The translations under genes and the position numbers were made by a program. A stretch of 64,000 nt of DNA from Takakia lepidozioides (taxonomy: Eukaryota; Plantae; Bryophyta), in NCBI GenBank assembly GCA_030704615.1, contig CM060731.1, positions 35,836,001 to 35,900,000 on the forward strand. The letters are read 5' to 3'. The notes beneath the pieces were generated by a model. It did not search any database and was not told where the DNA came from. It saw only the letters and a list, made by a program, of their open reading frames with translations. This document shows positions 13,367 to 24,956 of the stretch, piece after piece (positions within the stretch are counted from its first letter, which is position 1; every line of letters starts with the position of its first letter).

Positions 13367-14999
13367 TGAAACCAATGTAATTGAGATTAGTGCAGATATA
13401 ACATCTATGCAACCTCGACATTTATGTCGAAGTAAATGCATCCTTGAGATTCACCAAAGGCAATTTGAATATCTCCACGACACTACAGAGTCTTTATGAG
13501 GATATACCTAATGGATAAATGAATCACAATGCTTCAGACAAACATTAAAGAAAGATATGCAGTTACTACACCTTCTGAATCCCTCTTGATTGAGATTCCG
13601 CAGAACAAATTCTATACACTTACACAACGTGGACATAAACTAAATCCATGACGATGATGGTGTCATTTGGTCATGGGAAGAAAATTCAAATATCATAATT
13701 TCTTTCTGTTCAACTGAATCTGCAATCGTTAATCATCAGCAGACCAAATGAGAGCATCGTCCACATGGTCGATTGAATATACATTGATATGAAGATACAT
13801 TACAAGAATCAGTCGGTTACTTTCTACAACCCCCTCGAATGAAATTTTGTAGAACAAGTGCGGGAATCGGTTGAGTTCTGAAGGGACAGTAAAACATCTG
13901 ACGCAATCTTCACGTCTGAGCAAACCATAAGCCTCTTACGAGTGGATGGAGATTTCTTCGAACACTCCGAAGTTTTCAGGCCAGACGCGCGACATAAATC
14001 ATCCACTTGCTTTTTCTTTTTAAAGATTTGGACGTTGAGTGCACGAGGAGATGACATGATGTAATTTGGAGATACATCCGGACTTGATATCTTCATATCC
14101 TGAATTGAACGTCAAATACTGAGATTACGTTGGATTATAATGTAGGAGAAGACGTCGCTTCACTTCACCCAATCTTACCTGGAGTAAAACAAGATCATCA
14201 GAAAAAAGAAAAGACTGAATGAGGAAGACAAAACAAAAAAAAGTATAGGCAATAATTCACCTTGTTCCTCCTCAAATGTCCATGTGTCCATCCATGATGT
14301 TGTGGGGTAAACGTTGGGATTTTCCTCCGGGGCAAGTCGTCCACTTGCTGTACATCGTCAATACCTGAATGAGTTGTAATTGGACTGACGTTGTGTTCAA
14401 TGGATTGATGATATCGCCCATCATCAAGCTTGTTAACCTCTTCAAGACAACGTTCCACCACAACAAGAGAGATCTCTAATGGTTGATTGTCACTCTGTTG
14501 AGTAATAACCTTGTTTTCGCTCAAATCCTCCAACTGAGATCTAATATACTCAACCAGACTATGTTGTTAAGAACCGGATTGGGGTTGGACCCGAGAGCCT
14601 TTCTGACCCTAAAATATAACAATCTTAGATCTTTTCTAAAGAGCTCTCGCAACGATTATCTTATTTGTGAATGATTGGATATACAATTTGGGGTTCTAGA
14701 TTCCCATGTAAAATAAATGTACATATTCACTTTGTGCAAATTTTGAGTAAACGTTCAATCTAGCATGTTTTGCAGGCTTACATCGTTGTTGTTCCGTATG
14801 AATGCTAAGATTTTAAGTAGCTAAAAAAGTTTAAGTGTTTTATCGTTTGATGGCGTTGCTTCATCATAGAACCTGTGTCGTCCACTAAGTGTACTTTCCA
14901 CTAACTTCGACAGTAATGTCGAGGATGTATCAAGGTTGAGTCTCATTCTCATTTGATCATGTCCTGTATATTACATGTCTCAAAGTCTGTACAAAATGT

Positions 15000-15660
15000 T
15001 CAAGAACACCGTGTTATTGAATGTGACAATGGAGTTTCCACAAGACTCACATATAATGGACTCTCTAGCATCCCATCAAGAAACTTTTGAAGCATCAACA
15101 AGTAGTTGTTGTCGGTCTCAATTGACTCAAATGTCTTCAAGAATAAGCATGACCCTACAGGATTGAGTAGACATTTCAGAGGAGTATCATCAATCAGAAG
15201 CGTATTTGTGTCATCGAACTTTCCTCTCGTCTTCACCTTAAGCCCCGCAAGTGGCTTCAGAAACACGTTCAGGGAGTTTTTTAATCTATCGTTATAGTTT
15301 GGATGGACTTTGCTAGAACACGAAATGCAATCCTCCTTCAACATAATGAAGTCCGGTTGTGGTAACCCCTCCAACATGATATCAAGGACGGGCTTGAGGT
15401 TCCTTAGCTCCATGCAGCTCCAAATAGCTAGGTGGAATCGCTCATGTAAATGCTTCCACACCTCTCGATATTTCTCCCGCCTAAAAATCTGCCTTTTAAT
15501 TACCACAATAGGAACGTTGAAGTCGTTCTCGGAGTATTTAGGCACAAGATTATTAGATTTTTGAGACCGGATGATTTTGCAGAGAACACCGTTCAGATCA
15601 AATATAATCAGACGAGATTTACCACTATCCATAGATAAAGACGTAGCTAGTGGTCGAATC
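15000..15660 (-). CDS. Cargo exon: FCP1/NIF-family HAD phosphatase domain (DxN subtype)
   Basis: RLIIFDLNGVL, FHLAIWS and NTLLIDDTPLKCLLNP. The acceptor at ~15660 is probably joined to exon 16309-16113 upstream and to exons at ~14530-13570 downstream, so this may be one two-domain gene. Confidence 0.8.
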
Positions 15661-16639
15661 TGTGGATGAATAGAAGAACAGAGTAAGGGATTGATTCAGC
15701 AAAAAATAAGGTGTCAGTCGAACATATAAAACTTCACCTCGACACTAATGTCAAGGTAATCTACCATCCGCGATAAAACCCAGAGTTGCATCCCAAGAGT
15801 AAAAACGAATGATATCACTGAAAAATGTGTTCATACGAGCGTTCGCAATCCTAGGACTTACTCCCTGTGGCTACATGGCCATACTTACTATGTTCACCAC
15901 ATATTCCATAATATTTGCATTAACATAACATAATATTTGTCATAACATAAAGCATTTGCCAGTGTTTCAAATAAAGTCTTGTCGTTACCACCCTTTCAAT
16001 GAATCCTAGAATTCAATGGGTTAAGTTGTAAAAAACACTATAGAGTGCAACCTGATTAGAAAACTCAAAACAAAGCAAGGAATACTGATTATAAATATAA
16101 GAATAAAGTCATACCTGCTTGTGAGCCTCCTGTGTTGCTTGCTGGGGACTCGTCACTTCTCCGATGGAGTCGGTCGGTAACCTCGCCATTGAGGTCAATG
16201 TTCCCACAAAAGCTATTGTTAGAGCAGTGTTCTTCACAGTCACATCTACTAGTCTGTTCGAAGCGTTGTTTTTCGAAGTGAGAGGTCTCAACGTTTTGGA
16301 TTTTGTCATCTGTATCTCAACTCATGGGATTTGAATTATGCTCTATTTAACAACAATTCGAAGACTCAAGTTTCTTGCTATAAAAATGACATGCGAATAT
16401 CTTAAAACAATGGGAAAATCTCAGAACCATTTACACAACCAGCTCTGTATTAGATATCACGTACATTTTTGTGGTCCAATTTGGTTTTCATCCTCCACTC
16501 TCTGCTACGCCCCGCTATTGGGGATACTATGCCGATTGGAAAAAAACCAGCAGCAGCCGGAGTGAATGTGTCAGGCTCGGAATCATCAGCAATGGTGATT
16601 GATTCTGTCTCTATAGCTTGCTTATTTTATACTTCCAGA

Positions 16640-19600
16640 TTATTGCTTCCAAACATCTCCGAGACTCTTCACAATCGGACTCTCCAAAACCACAGTCTCC
16701 ACAACCCTATCCAAGTCCTCCATATTGGTCTCGTCATTAAGCCACGTGCCCTCATTATTACCCTCATCAGCCTCGTGAACTATTTGCTCAACATGCTCAT
16801 TTTCTTTTATTTCCTCAACCGTCTCGTTGTTGTCAGAGCCACCAGTTGATTCAACTGCTCCAACTGTTTCAAGCTTTTCAGCCCCCTGCTGTTCAACGTC
16901 GTCATCATCCTCCTCCGGATCCTTGTCCTCAGTGGACTCGTCCGAGCTCCCACCACCCTCTTGACCATCAATTCCATCTTCTGGTTCCTCATCAACATGT
17001 GGTTCTTCCTCAATCTCCTCTTTGTCCGAAGCATCCACTTTGTCCTCAATGTCCTCATCCTCATCAGAGACCTCCGCAACCTTGTTTGTGTCAGAGGCAC
17101 CGTCATGTTTTTCGGCATCTCCTTCTTCCTGAAACTTTATTCCTTTCTCCACTTCGAGGACCTTGAATGTTGTCTCCATCTTATCATTGTAATATTGAAC
17201 ATGGCTCTGCAGGTTTACATCCACAACACGAACTCCGTGTGCCTACAAAAAGAACTGATCACTGTTATTTCCAAGTCAACAAAATTCAAAAGACGAGATC
17301 AATATAATAGTAGTGGCAGTTGACGTCGACATTCATGTCGACGTTTGAGTCGTAACAACGAGGAGGTGATTATCTTTAGCTCACCTGAAGATGGTAGCTG
17401 AGCATAAGACCACCAAATATATTGAAGGCTGACATCCCCTCCTAACAGAACTGACCGACGAGGATTTCATAAACCTGACTCCGTAGCTCATGCTTGTACA
17501 CTCTTAACTCCATTTCTCTGTCACTGAGCTCAACTTCTGTGCCATGCAGCACAGGTTCCAAGGGCTTCTTGAAAAGAGTTGTCAGGATGTATGCGTCTGG
17601 GGTCTTGAGCTGGTTCATTGTTGCAGGAAAGACGTAGTCGAGGCATAACACCGGGCGTGCGGAAGCAGCAGAGGTGGTTGCATATTTGCGCTCCTCTGAT
17701 CAAGGGAGGTAGACTCCCTGAAGAAGAATGTACTTCGTGGAACCCCCACCGTACCGCACGTAAGAAACAAGATTTGATGAGGAAGCTTGGGTTGAGAAGA
17801 ACACGAATACGTTTGAAAAGACGTTGCGCTTCCTAAAGGCAGACAGTATGGTGATGTAGTCATTCCTCTCAAACGCAAGATCCTCTCTGTCTCCAATTGT
17901 GTTCACAAAGACCATACCAATGTTTTGAAATTTCTTCCTGCTGAAGAATAAAAGACGGCTGGCAGCGTTCAAGAACCTCTTTTTTGCACCTAGCATGACA
18001 TAGCGATCCTTGAATGATCGTGTCACGTCGTCGTTGTAGGTCGTCATCTCCTCAATTTTCTTCTTCCAAGACAGTACATAGCTCCGGGATCGAGGGTGTC
18101 TTCTTGTTCATATTGGCCTTGTCTACCAGATATTCCGCCGTTGTTTTGGACTGCATGGCCTTAAAAACTGTCTTAGCGATTTTGAGGTCATGTTTCACCT
18201 TTGTCCATTCCTCCTTCGTGTATGGTTCTGGATTGCTTTTGGACCGCTCTGCTCCTCCGAGTACCACCATGATGTCATCAACCACAAACCTTCGTGTTTT
18301 CATGTAATCAATGTAGTCGTTCATGCTCCTCAAGGTTTGATTCTTACCCTTATATGGATTTCTAATGCTCACCCTCAAGTCCAGGATCCTCTGTGCCACC
18401 TTCTTGATCTGTTGCTAATTAAGCCCTTGAAGCTTTTGGATAGCCGACTTGGTCAATAGAACCTGCTCAGAGTTGCATACAATCCCCATAGCATCAATGA
18501 GCTTCCCCTTGTCCCACTTTCGAAACATAGTCTCCCACAACTCCCAGACGTCCTCATCAGCATGGACCAATGCCAACGCTTCTATCGAGGAGTTCTTCTC
18601 CAGTATAACCAGTGCCGCTTGCATAAACTCCTAGGATGAAGAGCACAATTATTTTCAGACCCAACAAATTATCAGTGAGGAAATTCCAAAACCCCTATCT
18701 ACATACTAGTATGTACATAAATGAAGAAAAAAACTATTAGAAGAATGTTTATCTTCCACAAGCCAGTCTCGTTCTTTTTTGCATTATCATTGTATTTCGG
18801 CGGCTTCCCAATTGATGCATAAAAGCTTATCAGGTGACCCAATTTCTCGCTAAAAGTCGTGTCAAACTTTTGTGCTTTGTTCGGATCATTTAGAAGCTTG
18901 GAGAGCTTCACCAGTTACAAGTGCTCTTTTGACCACACAATCCTTGTCGGCCATTCTCCAAAGTAGTTTGCGAGTTGCTCGTCTGTATCCAAATCCTCAA
19001 CAAGTTCCTACAGACACAGTTCCATGTTGTAAAGATTTACTTCATTCGACGTCGACATTGATGTCAACATTCAATTGACTCGACAATATCCTACTTCATT
19101 CTAATAGACGTCCATAGCATATAACGTCGACATGAATGTCGAGGTTCTAGACCAATTAAAATCTACTTATTGAATTCTAGAGTCAAGAGACATAGATCTG
19201 GTTAGCGAGTACCTTGGCAGCCACGATCGTATGTTGCCCTCCGATAATGAAAAATTTCGTCGAAGCATCGTCGATCTCCGCTGATCTCGTTGGTATCTTC
19301 TCACACACATCGTCCTCCTTCTCTGGATCAATAAGAGTGAGGTATACCGGATGTTGGGCATCCAGATGTCGGAGCTGCAGGAGTCTGGTTTTCACCTCAT
19401 TCTTGTGTTTGAGGTTCAAAGGTCGGTAAACCATATGTTTAGGAGCAAGATTCATCCGCGATATCGGTATTTTGAAAGTTCTACTAAAACCGAATGGAAA
19501 CATGTCTCCGTAGTATTCTACTAGTTTGTTTGTCAATTCTATTGACTTATCCTTGTCGTAAATGTCGGCTGTCTTGGGTCTCTTTACGTCGGGAGCAAGG

Positions 19601-19734
19601 GCTGGATCAATGGATTTCTTTGGTTTTCGCTTCTTTGAGGATGATCCAACACTTTCTTGATCATGTTCTGTTACTGATGACCCTGCCGTAGACTTACGTC
19701 TTCGTCTTGCTGGTGTTTCCGTTCTTTGTTCCAT
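16640..19734 (-). pseudogene. Cargo gene: ParB/Srx-like N-terminus, degenerate beta-class N6/N4 methyltransferase-like region, D/E-rich tail
   Basis: Exons ~19734-19213, 19007-18753, 18632-17384 and 17243-<16640. Basic NLS-like N-terminus; ParB-like IPISRM...RPLN...PVYL...FFIIGGQHTIVAAK; later YEILVGQFC*EGMSAFNIFGG; a very acidic last exon. Several in-frame stops, a frameshift and a GT>AT donor. Confidence 0.55.
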
Positions 19735-19775
19735 GTTTCATTATCGGCTGTGAACAATACATCCTGAAAACGGTC

Positions 19776-20203
19776 CTAGGAGCGGATAAATGTTTTGGTA
19801 TCCTGACCGCAGTTGTTGTCTTCATGGAACTTGAATCCTTTTTTGATTGATTGTTTCATGAGGTTTTTGCGGACAGAATTTCCAGATGCTACGTACCCGA
19901 ATGTTTTTGGCACCCTTCCATTCTCAGCAACAAAGATCACCAGCATTGGAGACTGCATGTTCGTCTGGATTTCCACTTCCTTCACGTATGCGTACTTGAG
20001 CTCTGCAACATTGCTTCCCGTCTTGTAGTGAAACCGGAGCTTGTGATCTGGAGGTTCCTCAAGGACTTCAATGCCCCATTCTTTTATGCTGCTCTTCAAT
20101 TTGTATATAGCTACATGCTTTGTCATGTACCCCGGGGATCTGACAGATAAGAAATCCCCACAAATGTCTGCAGACATTCCGGGTTGGCAGTCTTCGGGGG
20201 CCT
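19776..20203 (-). CDS. Cargo exon, unknown product (~140 aa)
   Basis: Open frame after the acceptor ttctcag at ~20203, with globular composition (WGIEVLEEPPDHKLRFHYK). No family recognised. Confidence 0.4.
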
Positions 20204-20449
20204 GAGAACTGCAAAAGCCATATGTCCAATATTTGATCAAGAAAACACCTCGACACTATGTCGACGTTAGAAAATGTTTATGATGTGACCATGATATTTA
20301 ATCACACTATCTTTTCCACATACAAATGAATGACAAACCCCACAAGTTTTGTAAGCAAACACATTGAAAAATCTTTGTAAATATCCATCTTTTATTCACA
20401 TCAGAGAGCAACTGAGATCTACAACGCATTACTCAACAATGAGACAACA

Positions 20450-20917
20450 TTACCCAAATGTCCAGAGACCAGTGTCTTCATCACAATAGATTCGGCCTAA
20501 CCAAACAGGTTCCAAAAAAGGATTCCTCTTTTGATCTTGATCTTGAGTTCCCGACAGCCCAAGAATCTCGGCACAGACGTTGTCCATGGGTAGCTCATAT
20601 TCTTCGGGGTATGACGTGCGTGGAACATAAGTCTCTGGACTGTATGTTTTCAGGAACATATGTAGGGTAGAATAACATGTATTCATATGGCCGTTGGATA
20701 TTTCGTTGAGAGGAAGGAATGTACTGTGGTGAGGTTGGCATGTATTCAGGGGATGACGGATAATATCCAGGTGAGTCTGCTGCCTCTGAACTGGATGATG
20801 AATAGGCTATTTCAGGTGGTTCAATGAGGTCCGGAAGCTCGTATTCGGGAGTTCCGGGAATTGGGTAGAAGCTCGATGAGTATTCGATCGTTTCATCATT
20901 TCTAGGATAATCACTCC
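20450..20917 (-). pseudogene. Cargo exon: Tyr/Pro/Ser-rich protein with Pol II CTD-like heptads
   Basis: Acceptor ~20917; SPG-YYPSSPE-YMPTSPQ-YIPSSQR at 20765-20703. After a frameshift it continues TYSPETYVPRTSYPEEYELP to the stop at 20450. Confidence 0.5.
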
Positions 20918-21187
20918 TACACAACCACCTAAACCACCACCAAATACAAAATCTTGTTGATCCTACTTTTCCAAAGAATTGTTCTAAATTACTCGACCTC
21001 GACATGAATGTCAACGTCCATTCGCAGAAGACAATTTTCCTAAATTGCCTGTCCTGAGTAGACAGCCAGTGACAGTTAGTTTCAACCTATCTCACATGAC
21101 GCTTCATCATCTACTGAAATAACTGCAGTTAGATTTACGCTGCACTTAATATATCTCTATTGTTATATAGAGTTATATCAGAATCTT

Positions 21188-21443
21188 AATGTCGACATTA
21201 ATGTCGAGGTTCTTCATCTATTGGTTATTGATTAACAGTATTGAGGTAATTGTAATCTTCAGTCCACGTAGAGTTGTGAAGAAAACTAATCTTATTGCAT
21301 GAGAACATTGACATTAATGTCGAGGTTCTTCATCTATTGTTTATTGATTAACAGTATTGAGGTAATTGTAATCTTCAGTCCACGTAGAGTTGTGAAGAAA
21401 ACTAATCTTATTGCATGAGAACATTGACATTAATGTCGAGGTC
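21188..21443. repeat. 116-bp tandem repeat (~2.2 units), each unit carrying the palindrome
   Basis: Units start at 21188, 21304 and 21420 and are nearly identical. Confidence 0.9.
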
Positions 21444-23016
21444 CAATTCCCTCGTTGCTAACGTGTTTATCCAAATTATGTAAAAAAAACGTGAAATCTA
21501 CAAATGTTATTACAAAAAGCTAATGTCTAGGCTTACCTCCCCCTCCTCGACACTAATATGAGAGTCCTGAACCTCGACATTAATGTCCAGGAAGTTTAAA
21601 AGGTTCATCAGCAACTTGCTTACATACACTGGAAAACTGAGAGATGTTCAATTTATACATGATGCCTCTAAACCTTGACATTCATGTCGAGGTTCCCTCC
21701 CCTTGTCGGACAGCTATAACAAAAGTGCTAATGTAGATGGTTGACAATATATGACACCCATACATGGGACCGGAACATCTACACCCATACTGGGGTCCTG
21801 AAATGCCTACATGCATTAATGTACCTCGACATCAATGTCAATATTGTTTACAAAGAGTGTCTCCTGATGTCCACCTACATTGCACATTATGTTGACATTA
21901 GAATAGACCTATTTTGCAAAGTCGGGCAACATTATGTCGAACTATATTGGAGAGATACTCCAAATTTACTCGAGATTTGTGTGTGTGAGAGATTCGCTCT
22001 AGGTGTGTGCGTGTGTGTGTGCATTTTTAATTAATCCTAGGTGTATGTGATTGTATGTTCTACTGATTTGCTGTAGGTGCGTTCATTGAGCTATAAGTTT
22101 CTTCTCTCTCTCTCTTTGCCCATGTGTTTCAAGTTTTTTTGCCCATGCGTTTCTCTCTCTCTCTCTCTCTCTTTGCCCATGTTTCTTCTCTATCTCTTTG
22201 TCCATGTGCTTGTTAAAATAAGGGTTTCAGAACCTTAGCCCTACAATTTAAGCTCCAATAGGCTGAGTAGGGACAAGAGCAACAGGAGCTGCATAGGAGC
22301 AGCACGGGCAACAAATACATTCTAGCAGGACAGAGATAAAATAGAGGTACAAATACAATTCCAAATTGCAGCATGTATAATGGATGACTCGTTTTGAATT
22401 ATCTTGAGTTTGAGTTTGATTTCGATTTCTTTAGTTTGATTTCATTGGTCCACCAATTGACAGTTGTCTGCCTTGTTTATAGGTTAAAGAGAGTGAGGTT
22501 GCAGCAGACTCATGGCCAGGACTTGAAATAAGCATTAAGAAACCATAAAATATTCACGACGCCTTTGAACATTAAATAGACCCGAGAGGAACAGAAAATT
22601 GCAATTGCCTTTGTGTGTCATGAGTTCTTTCACCTGAGAGAAACTCTCATCAAATCTGTCAAGGGTGTGTTTACATCTTTGTTTATTAACATTCAATGTC
22701 AAGACTTCCTCATTTACTCCCCTTTCCCTCATTTTCTCTTTCTTTCAGGGCAGAAATCCCACCTTAGAACATCAAACAAAAGTTGAGAGGAAATGAATAT
22801 GCAATTACCTCTGAGCCCGCACGTCGTCCTCCCCTGCGCACAAATGTCTCAGGCAGCCTGCCCTCCAGCTCCCTCTCTTCCCCCGCCGCGCTGCTCGCCT
22901 CTGTCGCTCTGTTCTCTCCCTCGCAGCACCTCGCAGCAGCTCCCCGCTCACAGATTGTTATCCCGTCGCAGTTCCTCTCCATCCTCCTCTCGTCCCCTTT
23001 GCTGTGCGGTACGTGC

Positions 23017-23895
23017 GCCGTTGGATCGTTCTATATAGGCGGTGCTTTAGAATTACTCTTATGCAGGTAATTTCGCCTTGTTTTGCACGTTCAACCTATA
23101 ATAAGATATAGAAAGTAGATAATATGTAACTGGAAAATAGAAAAATTAGAAATAGGGTATAAAAATTAGCAGTACGTCCCATCCGTTGGATCTCTACGAT
23201 CCAACGGCTTCCCCGCCCTCGGAAAAAAAAAAACCAAAAAATCAAAAATCAGCTGTTGAGGGTTCTGTCGAACCTCGACACATACACCGATGTCTTCACT
23301 ATTGAGCCCGCCACAACAAATAACCCCAGCCGCCGTTGAGGTGCACATTTAGGTAAAATAAATGGTCGATAATAAATAATAACTAAGTGGAAAATAAGCA
23401 AATAGTACATATGGAATTAATAAGAAATCGTGGGTCCTCCCATCCGTTGGATCCTTGGCATTCACTGCGATCCAACGGCTCCCCGCTTCCCCAAAAACAT
23501 ATAAAAAAGAAGAATAACAATCGGCTGCGGATGGTCACGTCGAACTTCGGCGCACACGTCGAGGTCTTTGTAATCAAATGACTTTCGCCCGACCCAAAAA
23601 CAAAAGGCCAAAAATGAAAATAAAAGTGTTTGACCTAATCCGTGGTTGAGAGTTAGGTCAAATGACGCTCCATCACAAAATAAAGGTAGGGTTTATGGCG
23701 GCGCCTTGGGGTTAGGTCAAACCTCACTGCCGTTGGATCGCGATAAGCCAATAGCAGAGATCTTGGAGATTGAACGGATGGTGTGCGGCTTAACTCCGCG
23801 ATGCGCCGCACGCCCTCCGTTCGATCGTCAAGATCATTTGACGGGTCGCGGGCTCTCTACGTCCGTCAGATTTGTGACAGCCCTAATCAACGGTT
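23017..23895. promoter_or_regulatory. Putative divergent promoter region with clustered GATCCAACGG (MSA-like) motifs
   Basis: GATCCAACGG or its reverse complement at ~23017, 23183, 23198, 23444, 23469 and 23729, plus variants. The region lies between minus-strand cargo and the plus-strand transposase. Confidence 0.45.
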
Positions 23896-24956
23896 GGAGC
23901 ACTTGATCCATGTGGTGTATTCTTAATCATTTGCATTAGCGCATTAACAGCGCCCTGACCACCGCCAGATCTGCTAGGTGTCCATATCCACGGCGGGAAA
24001 ACTCCATCGTTGTGCTCGTTTACGCACCTCTGTGAGTGTACCACGTACACCACACGTTAGGCAGAGGCATATATAATCTGTCATTCTGCACTCATCCGTC
24101 TTTTTTTTTTCTCTCTTGCTCTGTCCTCCTCAGTCCATCCTGTTTGTGTCCTTTGCATCTTTTTTGTGTACGTTTGCATCAGCCAATATTCTCATGAGTA
24201 TTTGCCTTAAGCTTTAGGGTTTACCAGAGCATCTGTTCATATACAGACACGAGTTCATCGTGTAGTCACATTATGTTCAAGCACATTAGTGTTTGTTTTA
24301 GGTTTTAGAGATTTCAAGGTTTGTTTCATTTCTTCGTTACATACCTAGTCTCCCTACATTTTTACAGTTATCTTTATTTAACTATCATCCATGCCTCATC
24401 CACTTGGATGATTATTCATCCATAGTAACGTCGACATTAGTGTCAAGGTCTGGCGGATTGTTGTTTAAATACAAGCTAAAGTCTCATCACTTGACCTTCA
24501 CTCTGTCCCACATCACATCAAATACCTGAAAGTACCTACTAGTGCATCTGAATATCATAACATGTCTTCTTCTTCACTTGGTTTTTTTTTTTTTTTTTTT
24601 TTTCCCTGGGTCTTCATTAACATATTCACCTGATTTAATGAATCACTTTATATTAGGATATCCAGTAAAGGCTGCTATTTTTTTTTCTATCTATCTTTAT
24701 CCGTCGAGACTAAAGAACGTCGACATTCATATCGACGTTCTATTTTTTACATCATTTCTTATTTTCTTGGTCATCATTGACACATCCACAAGACATATTC
24801 TAATTCTCTTAATATTTCTTCATCGGTCGGATTTTTCTTTCTTTCTATCTCTTAATTAGGATATTCCGCTACAGTCATTCTATTTTTCTTATTTATCTCT
24901 ATCAGTAGAGACTAAGGATTGTTGACATTCATTTCGACGTTCTGTCTTTTCTCGCA

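Noticed and set aside
16640-19734. Prophage or bacterial contamination (ParB-MTase-like gene)
   Set aside because: The gene has spliceosomal introns and an NLS-like N-terminus, and is embedded among plant TEs.
20995-21845. CRISPR-like array of palindromic repeats
   Set aside because: Spacing is irregular, the regularly spaced part has identical rather than unique spacers, there are no cas genes, and the context is eukaryotic.
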